From an uncultured Bacilli bacterium (GTDB taxonomy: Bacteria > Bacillota_I > Bacilli_A > RF39 > UBA660): 64,000 bases of DNA. Positions 1-9,313 of this stretch are shown piece after piece. Within the stretch, counting starts at the first letter, position 1, and every line of letters begins with the position of its first letter. Position numbers and translations under genes: made by a program. The stretch is from contig CANQQX010000002.1 in NCBI GenBank assembly GCA_947626115.1, positions 2,871 to 66,870 of the forward strand, given 5' to 3'. The notes under the pieces are model-generated. The model was not told where the DNA came from, did no database searches, and saw only the letters and a list, made by a program, of their open reading frames with translations.

Positions 1-1
1 A

Positions 2-1744
2 AGAGAAAATACAAAGGCAAGTATAAGAATCTCAAATGAAATTAAAAAAGGTTATATTGCAATAACTAAACATGATTCAGAAACTAATAAATGTGAAGCA
101 CAAGGTGATGCTCGTTTAGTTGGTGCTGTCTATGCTATTTATGATTCTAATGGAAAAGAAGTAGATAGATTAGAAATAAATGAAAATTGCTATGCAAAGT
201 CAATTTTACTTGAATATGGTCATTACACTGTAAAAGAAATAAGTACAGGAAATGAAGGTTATGAATTAGATCCAACAGTTTATAGTGCTTTTGTTAATGA
301 TAATGGTATTACTATTAATATAACTTCAAAAGAAGATGTCAAGAAATTTGATTTACATCTATTTAAAGTTAAAAGTGATGGTACTACCGGTGAAATAGAA
401 GCAGAAGCTAATGCTGAATTTGAAATTTATTTAATTAGTAAAAATAAAAAAGTAGATACAGTTACTACTGATGAAAAAGGTAGAGCAAAAATTACTTTAC
501 CTTATGGAAAGTATAAAGTATGTCAAGTTAAGGGTGCTGAAGACTCACAAGATGCACAATGTATTGAATTTGAGATAAAAGATAAGGATGTTGATAAAAT
601 AATTAATAATGGGCCTATTAGTGCTAGATTAAAAATGGTAAAAATAGATTTTGCTAGTAAAAAAATAATTCCAATTGCAGGAATTAAGTTTAAAATTAAA
701 AATCTTGATACTAATGACTATGTGTGTCAAACTATTTCTTATCCAGATAAAAGACAAGTGTGTGTATTTGAAACTACAAAAGATGGGGTTTTATATACAC
801 CATTCCCATTATTAAGTGGTAATTATCAATTAGAAGAAGTGGATCAATCTATAAATAAATATTTATGGAATAAAGAGCCATTAATTTTTAAAATAAATAA
901 AGAATCAGAATTTGAATATGATGAAGATTTAGGATTTATATTAGAAGTTAGATTTACAAACCAAGAAGTTATGGGTGAAGTAAATGTACATAAAATTGGT
1001 GAGAAAGTTGTATTTGAAGATAATACTTTTCATTATGAAGAAATTGAATTAGATGGAGTAATCTATGAATTATATGCAAATGATGACATCTATTCTGGTG
1101 ATGGAACTTTAATTTATAAAAAAGGTGATTTTATAGATAAGTATGTAACCAAAGATGGAAGCTTTACTATTAAAGATTTATATTTAGGTAAATATTGTTT
1201 AGTAGAGTATGCTACTGTAGGTAACCATGTATTAGATGAAACAAGGCATTGTTTTGAATTAAAATATAAAGATCAATATACACCTGTAATAACTTTAAAT
1301 TTCACATTTAAAAATTATTTAGGAAAAGGTGAATTTGATTTTACAAAAAGAGATTTAGTAACAGGAGATCCATTACCTAATACAAAAGTGCAAATTTTCT
1401 ATTATGAAGATAATATTGATGATGCTGTATTAATTTATGAAGGTTATACTGATGCAAATGGTAAAATTACTATTAAAAATTTATTTAAAGGTAAATTTTA
1501 CTTAGTTGAAAGTGAGGCACCTGAAGGTTACATTTTAAATAATGAAAAAATGTTATTTGAGATAAAAGAAAATGGTGAAATAGTTAAAGCAGAGATGACT
1601 AATGAAAAATTAATTGTTGATGTTCCAAAAACTGAATTAAATAAAAATTATGTTATTGATTTAATAGCCATAACTTTATTTTTAAGTGGAGTTGGTATTG
1701 CCTTTTATGCAAAAAGTCGAAAGAACAAAAAAGAAACCAAATAA
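2..1744 (+). CDS. Cell-wall-anchored surface adhesin with Cna-B/SpaA-like repeat domains (5' end outside window)
   Basis: The frame is open from nt 2, so the ORF-track start at 635 is internal. Recurrent signatures include GAVYAIYDSNGKEV, GRAKITLPYGKYKVCQV and TDANGKITIKNLFKGKFYLVESEAPEGY. The C-terminus has VPKTE, a hydrophobic helix and a KSRKNKK tail, which is the layout of a sorting signal. Confidence 0.7.
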   Translation, partial: RENTKASIRISNEIKKGYIAITKHDSETNKCEAQGDARLVGAVYAIYDSNGKEVDRLEINENCYAKSILLEYGHYTVKEISTGNEGYELDPTVYSAFVNDNGITINITSKEDVKKFDLHLFKVKSDGTTGEIEAEANAEFEIYLISKNKKVDTVTTDEKGRAKITLPYGKYKVCQVKGAEDSQDAQCIEFEIKDKDVDKIINNGPISARLKMVKIDFASKKIIPIAGIKFKIKNLDTNDYVCQTISYPDKRQVCVFETTKDGVLYTPFPLLSGNYQLEEVDQSINKYLWNKEPLIFKINKESEFEYDEDLGFILEVRFTNQEVMGEVNVHKIGEKVVFEDNTFHYEEIELDGVIYELYANDDIYSGDGTLIYKKGDFIDKYVTKDGSFTIKDLYLGKYCLVEYATVGNHVLDETRHCFELKYKDQYTPVITLNFTFKNYLGKGEFDFTKRDLVTGDPLPNTKVQIFYYEDNIDDAVLIYEGYTDANGKITIKNLFKGKFYLVESEAPEGYILNNEKMLFEIKENGEIVKAEMTNEKLIVDVPKTELNKNYVIDLIAITLFLSGVGIAFYAKSRKNKKETK

Positions 1745-2333
1745 GTTGCTTTATTTGTTAGGAACATTTTTAATTTTATGTAGTATATTAATTTTAACAT
1801 ACAATTATTTTTTTGTTTTTATTCAAAATAAACACAATAATGAAATGATAAAATCTTATTTAAAAGAAGATTTAAGCAATATATCAACTAATGAAACCAC
1901 TCAAAAAAATAAAGTTAAAACATCAGAAAATTATCTCGCTATTTTAGAAATTCCAAAAATTAATTTAAAAAGAGGAATTTTTGATAAAAATAGTTCAAAA
2001 AATAATGTCAATAAAAATATTTATGTTGTAAAAGAAACAACTTTACCTGATGAATATGAAAATAGTCATATTATTTTAGCATCTCATTCTGGTAATAGTT
2101 CAGTATCTTTTTTTAGAAATTTAAAGAAATTAGATATGAAAGATAAAATCTTTTTTTATTATAATGGTTATAAGTATATATATGAAGTGTCAAATAGATA
2201 TGAAATTCTCAAAACAGGTAAAGCACAATTAATTCAGTCTAATTCATCGGATATAACACTAATTACTTGTATAACAGGTACTAAAAAGCAAGTAGTTTAT
2301 TTAGGCGAATTAATTGCTAAGGAGCAATATTAA
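1686..2333 (+). CDS. Sortase family transpeptidase (dedicated to the adjacent adhesin)
   Basis: N-terminal basic stretch plus TM helix, HIILASHSG (His) and DITLITC (TLxTC Cys) motifs. It overlaps the adhesin 3' end. The true start may be ATG 1707. Confidence 0.7.
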   Translation: MELVLPFMQKVERTKKKPNKLLYLLGTFLILCSILILTYNYFFVFIQNKHNNEMIKSYLKEDLSNISTNETTQKNKVKTSENYLAILEIPKINLKRGIFDKNSSKNNVNKNIYVVKETTLPDEYENSHIILASHSGNSSVSFFRNLKKLDMKDKIFFYYNGYKYIYEVSNRYEILKTGKAQLIQSNSSDITLITCITGTKKQVVYLGELIAKEQY

Positions 2334-2590
2334 TGAATAACAAATATTGTAAAATACCTAGTTTAGTTAAAAATAATCATAATATTTGTAGTAATGCAAA
2401 ATTGCTTTATGGTGATATCTTACTTTTATGTCATCAGAATGGTTATTGTTATGCAAGTAATAAATTTTTAGCTAACAGTTTAGGAGTTTCAACAAGGACA
2501 ATTACTAAACTTATTAAAGAATTAAAAGATGCAAATTTAGTTAATATTTTTTATACAAATAAAAATAAAAGAAGAATATACATAGCATAA
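2333..2590 (+). CDS. Small helix-turn-helix protein (replication/regulatory type), function unknown
   Basis: 85-aa ORF coupled to the sortase stop (TAATG). Has an HTH-like segment, LANSLGVSTRTITKLIKELKDANLV. Confidence 0.4.
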   Translation: MNNKYCKIPSLVKNNHNICSNAKLLYGDILLLCHQNGYCYASNKFLANSLGVSTRTITKLIKELKDANLVNIFYTNKNKRRIYIA

Positions 2591-2707
2591 TTTTGCTAAT
2601 TTGGTGGTACAAAATTTCTATCTAATATAGATGAAAATTTCTATTAAATATAATAAATTAAATATAAATATATAATATATAAACTAGTTTAAATATATAA
2701 CTAGTTA

Positions 2708-3175
2708 TTGATCTTAGGAGGTGTTATTATTAATAAAAATAAAATTGAATTAATTGGTAAGATAACTAGTTTATCTTACGAAAGACAAGACATAAATGGT
2801 AAAAAATTTATGTTTTTTGATTTAGTCCAAAATGATAAGTTACAAGATAATTCATATTCTAGTAAATATTATAAAATTAAATTAACTGAAGAATTGATAA
2901 GTAAATATAAAGATATTATAAAAGTATCAAATAATGTATATATAAAGGGATATTTAAATTCTTATTTGAAAGATAATAAAAATAATTATTATATTTACCC
3001 AAAGGAAATTGTTCTTTTAGATAGTCAGTATCAAGTTATAAATAGTGAAAGTCCACGAATTGGATATGATTCTGATGGTGTTATGCTTTGGAATGGTAAA
3101 AGATGTGTAGATGAGCCACTAAATGATAAAGAACTTAAAGAAATGGAAAACTTGTTAAGTGAGTTTCAAGGATAA
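2708..3175 (+). CDS. Hypothetical protein, possibly an OB-fold/SSB-like DNA-binding protein; start codon uncertain
   Basis: IELIGKITSL...FMFFDLVQ...VYIKGYL resembles the SSB strand pattern. A strong SD (AGGAGGTG, 2715-2722) lies inside the TTG-started ORF and is followed only by in-frame ATT codons (2726, 2729). Confidence 0.3.
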   Translation: MILGGVIINKNKIELIGKITSLSYERQDINGKKFMFFDLVQNDKLQDNSYSSKYYKIKLTEELISKYKDIIKVSNNVYIKGYLNSYLKDNKNNYYIYPKEIVLLDSQYQVINSESPRIGYDSDGVMLWNGKRCVDEPLNDKELKEMENLLSEFQG

Positions 3176-3956
3176 AAATATTAATTCAGAATTTTCAAAT
3201 TATAACAATTTATTAAGTAATAAAACTATTCTGTACATTTATGCTAAAGATAAAGAATTAGCTAATTTACAATTAAAAAAAGTGAAAGCTATATGTAAAG
3301 CTAATAATATTAAAACTACAAATGTTTATTTTGATATAAATAACACAAATAGTTTAAAATATAAAAATAATTTAAAAAAAATAGTTAATGAAAATAAAAA
3401 TGTAAATATACTAATTTTAGATATAAAAGAGCTTACAAGGGATACTTTTGAATTGTATGAATTAAAGAAAAGTTGTCTGAAAAATAATATAAATATTTAT
3501 GATTTAACTTATAAAAAATTTGTTTTTGATAAAATTTTTGATGCAATAAGTTTGGAAAGAGGTGCTAAAGTATTGAAAAATAAATTAGATGTGCTGTTTA
3601 TAGAGCCAAATAAATTACCGATAACAAAAACAATTGATAATACATTAGAAGATATGCAAAAATTAGTTGGGGGTTATATTGAATATACTTATTTAAATGG
3701 TTGTGATGATGTTGCAATTGTTTGCAATGAAGAAGCAAAATTATTAAGATTACCTTTTAATAGATATATAGGTCATGATATAATTGCTGGTAATTTTTTT
3801 GTTGTGGGTATTAATTTAACAAATGATGACACTTGTTCTTTAACTAAGGAACAAATTGATAAATATACTAAATATTTTGGAAAAAAATCTATTGAAATAA
3901 CAAATGATAAGATTAATGAAATATTAAAAAATAGTTATAAGGATTATGAATTGTAA
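3159..3956 (+). CDS. DUF3846-type conjugative-element protein with a degenerate resolvase-like N-terminal domain
   Basis: The C-terminal part (LEDMQKLVGGYIEYTYL...VCNEEAKLLRLPFNR...GNFFVVG) matches the DUF3846 pattern. The N-terminal part follows small serine recombinase spacing (ILYIYAKDK...YFDINNTN...ILILDIKELTRD) but lacks the catalytic Ser/Arg. Confidence 0.5.
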   Translation: MSFKDKNINSEFSNYNNLLSNKTILYIYAKDKELANLQLKKVKAICKANNIKTTNVYFDINNTNSLKYKNNLKKIVNENKNVNILILDIKELTRDTFELYELKKSCLKNNINIYDLTYKKFVFDKIFDAISLERGAKVLKNKLDVLFIEPNKLPITKTIDNTLEDMQKLVGGYIEYTYLNGCDDVAIVCNEEAKLLRLPFNRYIGHDIIAGNFFVVGINLTNDDTCSLTKEQIDKYTKYFGKKSIEITNDKINEILKNSYKDYEL

Positions 3957-3972
3957 AGGAGGTGATAAATTG

Positions 3973-4320
3973 ATGAATCAAACTATGCTTGTTGGAAGAA
4001 TTGCTAGTGATCCAGAGGTTGTGGAAACAAAAGATGGTAAAAAATTAACCAAAGTAGTATTAGCAATAAATAGAAGTTATAAAAATGCAGATGGAGTATA
4101 TGATACAGATTTTATTAGTTGTACTCTTTGGAATAATATGGCAACAACAACATCAGAATACTGTAAAGTTGGCGATGTTGTTGGTATAAAAGGCAGATTA
4201 CAAACGAGTAAATATGAAGATGAAAATAAAAAAACTCATTATATTACCGATGTAATAGCTGAAAGAGTTACTTTTTTATCATCTGCTAAAAAAGAAAAAT
4301 CAGATGAAATGGATATGTAG
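3973..4320 (+). CDS. ssb: Single-stranded DNA-binding protein
   Basis: NQTMLVGRIASDPEVVETKDGKKLTKVVLAINRSY...DFISCTLWNNMA...GDVVGIKGRLQTSKYED is the canonical SSB OB-fold. SD AAAGGAGGTGA lies upstream of ATG 3973. Confidence 0.9.
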   Translation: MNQTMLVGRIASDPEVVETKDGKKLTKVVLAINRSYKNADGVYDTDFISCTLWNNMATTTSEYCKVGDVVGIKGRLQTSKYEDENKKTHYITDVIAERVTFLSSAKKEKSDEMDM

Positions 4321-4331
4321 TTTATGAAAGT

Positions 4332-4410
4332 AAAGCAAAGAAAAAAGAGTTAAATAAGCCCCATGCCTAAATAACTCTGTTGTAATTATATCACAACTCT
4401 TTGCTTTTTT
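4332..4410 (+). terminator. Compound hairpin / probable intrinsic terminator after ssb
   Basis: AAAGCAAAG (4332-4340) pairs with CTTTGCTTT (4399-4407), followed by a T-run to 4410. The stem encloses smaller hairpins (GAGTTA/TAACTC, GTTGT/ACAAC). Confidence 0.45.
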
Positions 4411-4468
4411 CATTATTTAAGGAGAAATGATATATTGAAAACTATTATTTATGTAAGGAGAATGTTTA

Positions 4469-4780
4469 TTGCTTAAATTCGTAGGTAATATCCTTTCTAA
4501 TATAGGGTATTCTATGAATTTACTTGCAATTACAAAATTAGATGGTGGCAATTATAACATTGATTCAATATTAAACGCTATTAAAACTGTAACAGATTGG
4601 TGTTTACGAGTCGGAATAGCACTTGCTGGTGTTTCTTTAGTTGTTGGTTTTATTATGTATGCTGTCGCAGATGTTGATAGAAAACAACAAGTAAAGCAAA
4701 GAATTATACAAACAATGTTTGGCATTGTAGGTATTATACTAGCTATTTCTTTGGTAAATTTGATTATAAGTTTATTTTAG
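4469..4780 (+). CDS. Small two-TM membrane protein of the T4SS operon (possibly VirB2/TrbC-like)
   Basis: 103 aa with two hydrophobic helices. First gene of the operon that contains the VirB6/VirB3/VirB4-like genes. SD TAAGGAG lies upstream of the TTG start. Confidence 0.35.
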   Translation: MLKFVGNILSNIGYSMNLLAITKLDGGNYNIDSILNAIKTVTDWCLRVGIALAGVSLVVGFIMYAVADVDRKQQVKQRIIQTMFGIVGIILAISLVNLIISLF

Positions 4781-4791
4781 GAGTAATATAC

Positions 4792-5148
4792 ATGAATATA
4801 GAGGAATTAAAAAATAAAGTACAAAAACTTGAAAATAAATATTATGAAAAACAATTAAAATTTACAAATAAATATTTTGGTGAATTATGTGAAATATTTT
4901 ATGAATATGCTGATTTAAATGATAATACGGATTACGAATTTGATGAGGTTTTTAAAGAAATTGTATCAGGTGAAGATTGTATGTATGATGTTGCTGGTGC
5001 AAGAAGTGATGCCCTTTATTATTGGTCTGAAGATGAAAATGGAAAAACAAAAGTAGAAGAATTAGATTTTAATCTTTTAAAAACTTTGGCTAATAAGGCA
5101 TTAACATACTATGAAAAAGATAAAGAGAAAGATTTTGAAATATGTTAA
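4792..5148 (+). CDS. Hypothetical acidic protein
   Basis: 118-aa ORF with an SD (TTAGGAG), acidic composition and no recognised motif. Confidence 0.4.
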   Translation: MNIEELKNKVQKLENKYYEKQLKFTNKYFGELCEIFYEYADLNDNTDYEFDEVFKEIVSGEDCMYDVAGARSDALYYWSEDENGKTKVEELDFNLLKTLANKALTYYEKDKEKDFEIC

Positions 5149-6518
5149 GTGCTTTGGATTTACTTAGAAGATTAGGTTGGGCTGTTATTGATTTTATTTA
5201 TAATTTAATTGATACCTTGTTTAATATCATTAAAGAAATAAATTTATATGATATAGTTGATAATGTGTCCGATAATACTATTTTTTCTAATTTTCATTCT
5301 GGAATCATTGCTATTGCACTAACTTTATTTGCTTTGTTTATAATATGGAAATTTGTTATGAAAATATTAGAGCCAGAAGATGGATTATCTACTAATCAAA
5401 TAATTGTTGAAATTGTAAAATGTGGCGTACTAGTATTAATGAGTGTTTTCTTATTTACCCAAGCAAATTCATTTTCTATAAAATTAAGTGGTTATACATC
5501 CACAGCTTTTATAGGTAATAATACTGCATTGTCTGACACAATGCTTAGTATGTATATTAATCATTCTGATGGTTATAAAAATAGTGATGAATTTAAAAAT
5601 GAAAATATTGTTAAAAACCTTAAAAATGATAATTTTACTAAAAAAAGAATGTTTAATGATAAATATGTAACTTCTAATAATTGGATTTTGCCTGATGAAA
5701 AAGATTACAAGTATAATATTAATTGGATAATGGCAATAATTGTTGGTGGCTTTTTCTTATATGCTTTATTCTTTAGTGGCATGATGCTAGCTCGTAGGCA
5801 AATAGAATTTTTATTTTTATTTCTTATTAGTCCAATAGTTTTTGCAACATCTGTTGGTAGTAAACAAAAAAGATCAGCAGTAATAGAACAATTAGTATCT
5901 TTAATATTGCAGAGTGCAGTTGTTATGATGATTATAGGTATTACAGTAATAGTAATGCAATCAATTAATAGTACGACATTTTTTGCAAATTCGCAATTAC
6001 AAGATATGGCATTAAAATCATTGATGTTTATTGGTTGTGGTACTTTCTTATTAACTGGTAGTCAAGTTGTTAATAGATTTATTGGTACTAATGTGTCTGC
6101 AAATTCTAGTCGTGAACAATTTATGAATTTAATGAGTTATGGACATACAATGTCATCTGCTACTCATATTGGTGCTAGTGCCTTAACTGGTGCTGGATCT
6201 TTCGGTTTAGGTGTTGGAGCATCAGCACTTGGTAATTTAGGTGGTAATAAAATGGTTAATAAGGTTGGTAATGCGATTGCTGAATTTGGTAAAAATTTAC
6301 GAAATAACAGTTCTTCTTCAAGTAATCCTATTTCTAGTAAAATTGGTAGTGGTATAGGTAATGTTATTGAGAAATTTGGAAATAAGGTTAAAACTTCCAC
6401 ACCATCTAATTTAGGTAAAAATCTACGAAGTCATGGTCGTGAAAATATGGGTGAAGCTATAAGATCTATAATGCCACAAAGAAATATGTATCGTAATAGA
6501 TATAGAACAAGGATGTGA
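5142..6518 (+). CDS. Polytopic T4SS membrane protein (VirB6/TrbL-like) with Gly/Ser/Asn-rich C-terminal tail
   Basis: 458 aa with multiple TM helices. Positioned just upstream of the VirB3/VirB4-like genes. The low-complexity tail explains the antisense shadow ORF 6164-6400. Confidence 0.55.
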   Translation: MLSALDLLRRLGWAVIDFIYNLIDTLFNIIKEINLYDIVDNVSDNTIFSNFHSGIIAIALTLFALFIIWKFVMKILEPEDGLSTNQIIVEIVKCGVLVLMSVFLFTQANSFSIKLSGYTSTAFIGNNTALSDTMLSMYINHSDGYKNSDEFKNENIVKNLKNDNFTKKRMFNDKYVTSNNWILPDEKDYKYNINWIMAIIVGGFFLYALFFSGMMLARRQIEFLFLFLISPIVFATSVGSKQKRSAVIEQLVSLILQSAVVMMIIGITVIVMQSINSTTFFANSQLQDMALKSLMFIGCGTFLLTGSQVVNRFIGTNVSANSSREQFMNLMSYGHTMSSATHIGASALTGAGSFGLGVGASALGNLGGNKMVNKVGNAIAEFGKNLRNNSSSSSNPISSKIGSGIGNVIEKFGNKVKTSTPSNLGKNLRSHGRENMGEAIRSIMPQRNMYRNRYRTRM

Positions 6519-6522
6519 TAAT

Positions 6523-6834
6523 TTGTATATAACAATTAAAAGTCTTAAAAAGACATTAGGTAAATATATAGAAATAACTGATTTATACTTAGGTCTTCCA
6601 ATGCTTATGATATTTTTAGTGTTGTTTGCATTTACAAATTTAAAAATTCAAGCATTGGTTTTCCTATCAATTTGTTTATTTCTTCTTATACCTGTTAATT
6701 TATCTAAGAAGAATCGTATGTATAAAATTATGATTCTTTTAGTAGATTATGTTTTTAGAAATAAAAATTATTGTTTCTTTAATGAAGATATTAAGGAAAG
6801 TAAAATAAAACAAATAACAAAATATTTAAAATGA
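6523..6834 (+). CDS. Small two-TM protein (VirB3/PrgI-like by position)
   Basis: 103 aa with two hydrophobic helices, immediately 5' of the VirB4-like ATPase. Confidence 0.4.
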   Translation: MYITIKSLKKTLGKYIEITDLYLGLPMLMIFLVLFAFTNLKIQALVFLSICLFLLIPVNLSKKNRMYKIMILLVDYVFRNKNYCFFNEDIKESKIKQITKYLK

Positions 6835-6955
6835 AAGTGATGGTGATATTATCGGGTTATTCCCTGAAAATAAAAAAACAAATAAAGAAAAAATTTTAGA
6901 AAAACAAAAGAAAAAACTTGAAAAAGAAAAGCCTAAATTTGTAATAAAAAAACAA

Positions 6956-9313
6956 ATGAAAAAGAGAATTAAAAACTCTCAGATATTTTCAAATGTTAAA
7001 TCAGTTGCAGATGATGGATTAATAGAATTAAAAACTGGTGAAGTAGCATCTTTAATTGAAGTTAAAGCTATTGATTTATCTCTAGCGAGTAAATCAGAAA
7101 AGCAAAACTTTTTTTATGCTTTAAAAAGTCTTTATCAAGTTAAAGGGCTTACTTTAAAATGTTATAAATTAGATCAAAAAATAAATTTAAATAATAATAA
7201 GATTAACTTAACAAATTTAATTAATTATTATATAGATGATGATAAAAAGTATAAATTACTTGAAGAAAGTAAAAGATTAATTGAGGAATTAGAAGATAAT
7301 CATTATACTATTTCTAGTGTTTATTATTTAGTTGTTATTGCTAGGGATTTAAATGCTCTGGAAAAACAACTTGATGAAATTGAAGAGATTATTTCTAATA
7401 TAACACCTAGAATAAATATGGAAGTTATAAACAATAGGTTAGAAATATATAAATTCTTAACAAATTTATATATGAATCCTAAATCACTTGATGATTTAAT
7501 ATGGAGTGATTTTCCATCTTTAATTTCGCCACTTAATTTACAGGAAAAAATAAATATGTTAAAAGTTGATGATAATGAAATTCAAATGGTAACAATTAAA
7601 AATATTCCACCATTTGTTGATGAATTGTTTTTTGAAGAAATTTTTAATGTTCCAGATGTTATGGCTTGTATAAGTATTAAAGATGCAATTAGTCAAGATG
7701 AATTAATTCGTTGGGTAAATTCGCAATATCAATTTTTACTTAGTGATCGTAACACTACTAGAAAATTAAGTGATGCTACTGAATTAGATACTCAAAAGGA
7801 AAATTTCCAACAATTAATGTTAGAAATTAAAAATGGTGATGAGAAAATTAAAGAAGTAGCTTTAACACTTATTATTACAGGAACTAAAAAAGAAAGAGAA
7901 AATACATTTAGAGAATTAAAGAGAATAGTAGATAAATATCAAATAAAACTTGATATTCCAAAATTAAGACAAATGGAATGTTGGCAAAATTTTGATATTA
8001 CTTCAACTTCTTTAAATGATTATTCGGTTTATTTACCAACTTTAACATTAAGTGCTGGTTTTCCTTTTACAAAAACTTACTTTAACGATTCAAAAGGTTA
8101 TATGTTAGGTGTAGATTTACATACTTCATTACCTATATTCTTTGATCCATTTACTTTAAATAATCAAAGAACTTCCCATAACTTAGCAATAGTATCATCT
8201 ACTGGTGGTGGTAAAAGTTATACTATGAAGAAAATGATTATTAATGAATTTGCTCGTGGTACTAAAATATTTATATGGGATGCTGAAAATGAATATAAAA
8301 AATTAGTTGAAGCTAATGGTGGGGAATATATAGATTTATATTCTAAAAAAGGTGGAATTATAAATCCTTTACAAATAAGATATATTCCAAGTGATGATGA
8401 GGATAAGGAACTAAAAGAAACAGATTGTCCATTAGCAAAACATTTAGGTTTTTTGGAAGCGTTTTTTAAAACTGCTTTTGAAAGTATAACTGAAAAAGAA
8501 CTTGTTATGTTATTAGCGGTAGTAGAATCGTTATATAATACCAAAGGTATATTTAAAAATACTTCAATTAATACTTTGCAAAGTTTGAAACCAACTGATT
8601 ATCCAATTTTTAGTGAGTTATATGAATATTTACCAGTTTATAAAAATCAATTAGAAAGTAGTGAAAAGAAGAAGTTAATAGATCAATTAGAAATATTAAT
8701 TTCAAGATTTTTAACTGGTACTGATTCATTCTTATTTGATGGTTATACTAATATCGATTTATCAAATGATTTAATAGCTTTTAACTTACAAGAATTATTA
8801 TATAGTGGAAATCAAAGATTAATTAATACCCAAGTTTTAAATTTACTTACTTATCTTAATAATAGTATTGTTGCTAATAAAATTCAAAATGAGAAATCTG
8901 ACAAGAAAAAACATATAAGTATTATAGTTGATGAGTTTCATTTATTCATAGATGAAAAAAATAATGAAGTATTAAAGAATTTTGGACAACTTGCTCGTAG
9001 AGTTCGTAAATACTCAACTAATTTAATCGTTAGTACTCAAAGTGTTAAAGATTTTGTTGGTAATGCTAGTGTATTAAGACATGCTACTGCAATTTTCAAT
9101 AATTGTCAGTATACTATGATAGGTATGTTAAAAGAAGATGATTTACTTGCTTACTTAGAATTATTTAAAAATAATCCTTTAACAGATACTCAAAAAGCAT
9201 TTTTACTTTCTGCTAAACGAGGTGAATTTTTACTTAATGTTGATAATAAAAATAGACTTAGAGTTTGGATTCGTGCTACTGAATTAGAAAGAGAAATGAT
9301 GGGTGAGAATTAA
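6956..9313 (+). CDS. VirB4-family conjugative transfer ATPase
   Basis: 785 aa. Walker A is SSTGGGKSYT and Walker B is ISIIVDEFHLF. Size and operon context match Firmicute VirB4/TraE/PrgJ-type ATPases. Confidence 0.85.
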   Translation: MKKRIKNSQIFSNVKSVADDGLIELKTGEVASLIEVKAIDLSLASKSEKQNFFYALKSLYQVKGLTLKCYKLDQKINLNNNKINLTNLINYYIDDDKKYKLLEESKRLIEELEDNHYTISSVYYLVVIARDLNALEKQLDEIEEIISNITPRINMEVINNRLEIYKFLTNLYMNPKSLDDLIWSDFPSLISPLNLQEKINMLKVDDNEIQMVTIKNIPPFVDELFFEEIFNVPDVMACISIKDAISQDELIRWVNSQYQFLLSDRNTTRKLSDATELDTQKENFQQLMLEIKNGDEKIKEVALTLIITGTKKERENTFRELKRIVDKYQIKLDIPKLRQMECWQNFDITSTSLNDYSVYLPTLTLSAGFPFTKTYFNDSKGYMLGVDLHTSLPIFFDPFTLNNQRTSHNLAIVSSTGGGKSYTMKKMIINEFARGTKIFIWDAENEYKKLVEANGGEYIDLYSKKGGIINPLQIRYIPSDDEDKELKETDCPLAKHLGFLEAFFKTAFESITEKELVMLLAVVESLYNTKGIFKNTSINTLQSLKPTDYPIFSELYEYLPVYKNQLESSEKKKLIDQLEILISRFLTGTDSFLFDGYTNIDLSNDLIAFNLQELLYSGNQRLINTQVLNLLTYLNNSIVANKIQNEKSDKKKHISIIVDEFHLFIDEKNNEVLKNFGQLARRVRKYSTNLIVSTQSVKDFVGNASVLRHATAIFNNCQYTMIGMLKEDDLLAYLELFKNNPLTDTQKAFLLSAKRGEFLLNVDNKNRLRVWIRATELEREMMGEN

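Noticed and set aside
6164-6400. Antisense or overlapping ORFs in the track: 6164-6400(-), 8218-8544(-), 11491-11784(-), 16133-16318(-), 18611-18796(-), 24146-24382(-), 28728-28967(-), 33419-33607(-), 36770-36952(+), 38683-38895(-), 41397-41639(-), 47348-47554(+), 47742-48002(+), 50372-50617(-), 53666-53902(-), 57137-57358(-), 57197-57403(+), 59440-59748(-)
   Set aside because: Each lies entirely inside or opposite a longer ORF with recognisable motifs or a good SD. Their products are low-complexity (Leu/Ile/Phe/Ser/Lys-rich), as expected for shadow frames in AT-rich DNA.
6830-6955. N-terminal extension of the VirB4-like ORF (open frame NESDGDIIGLFPENKKTNKEKILEKQKKKLEKEKPKFVIKKQ upstream of ATG 6956)
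   Set aside because: The frame is open from 6830 but contains no ATG, GTG or TTG and no convincing SD. I kept ATG 6956 as the start, although an ATT (6848) start cannot be excluded.
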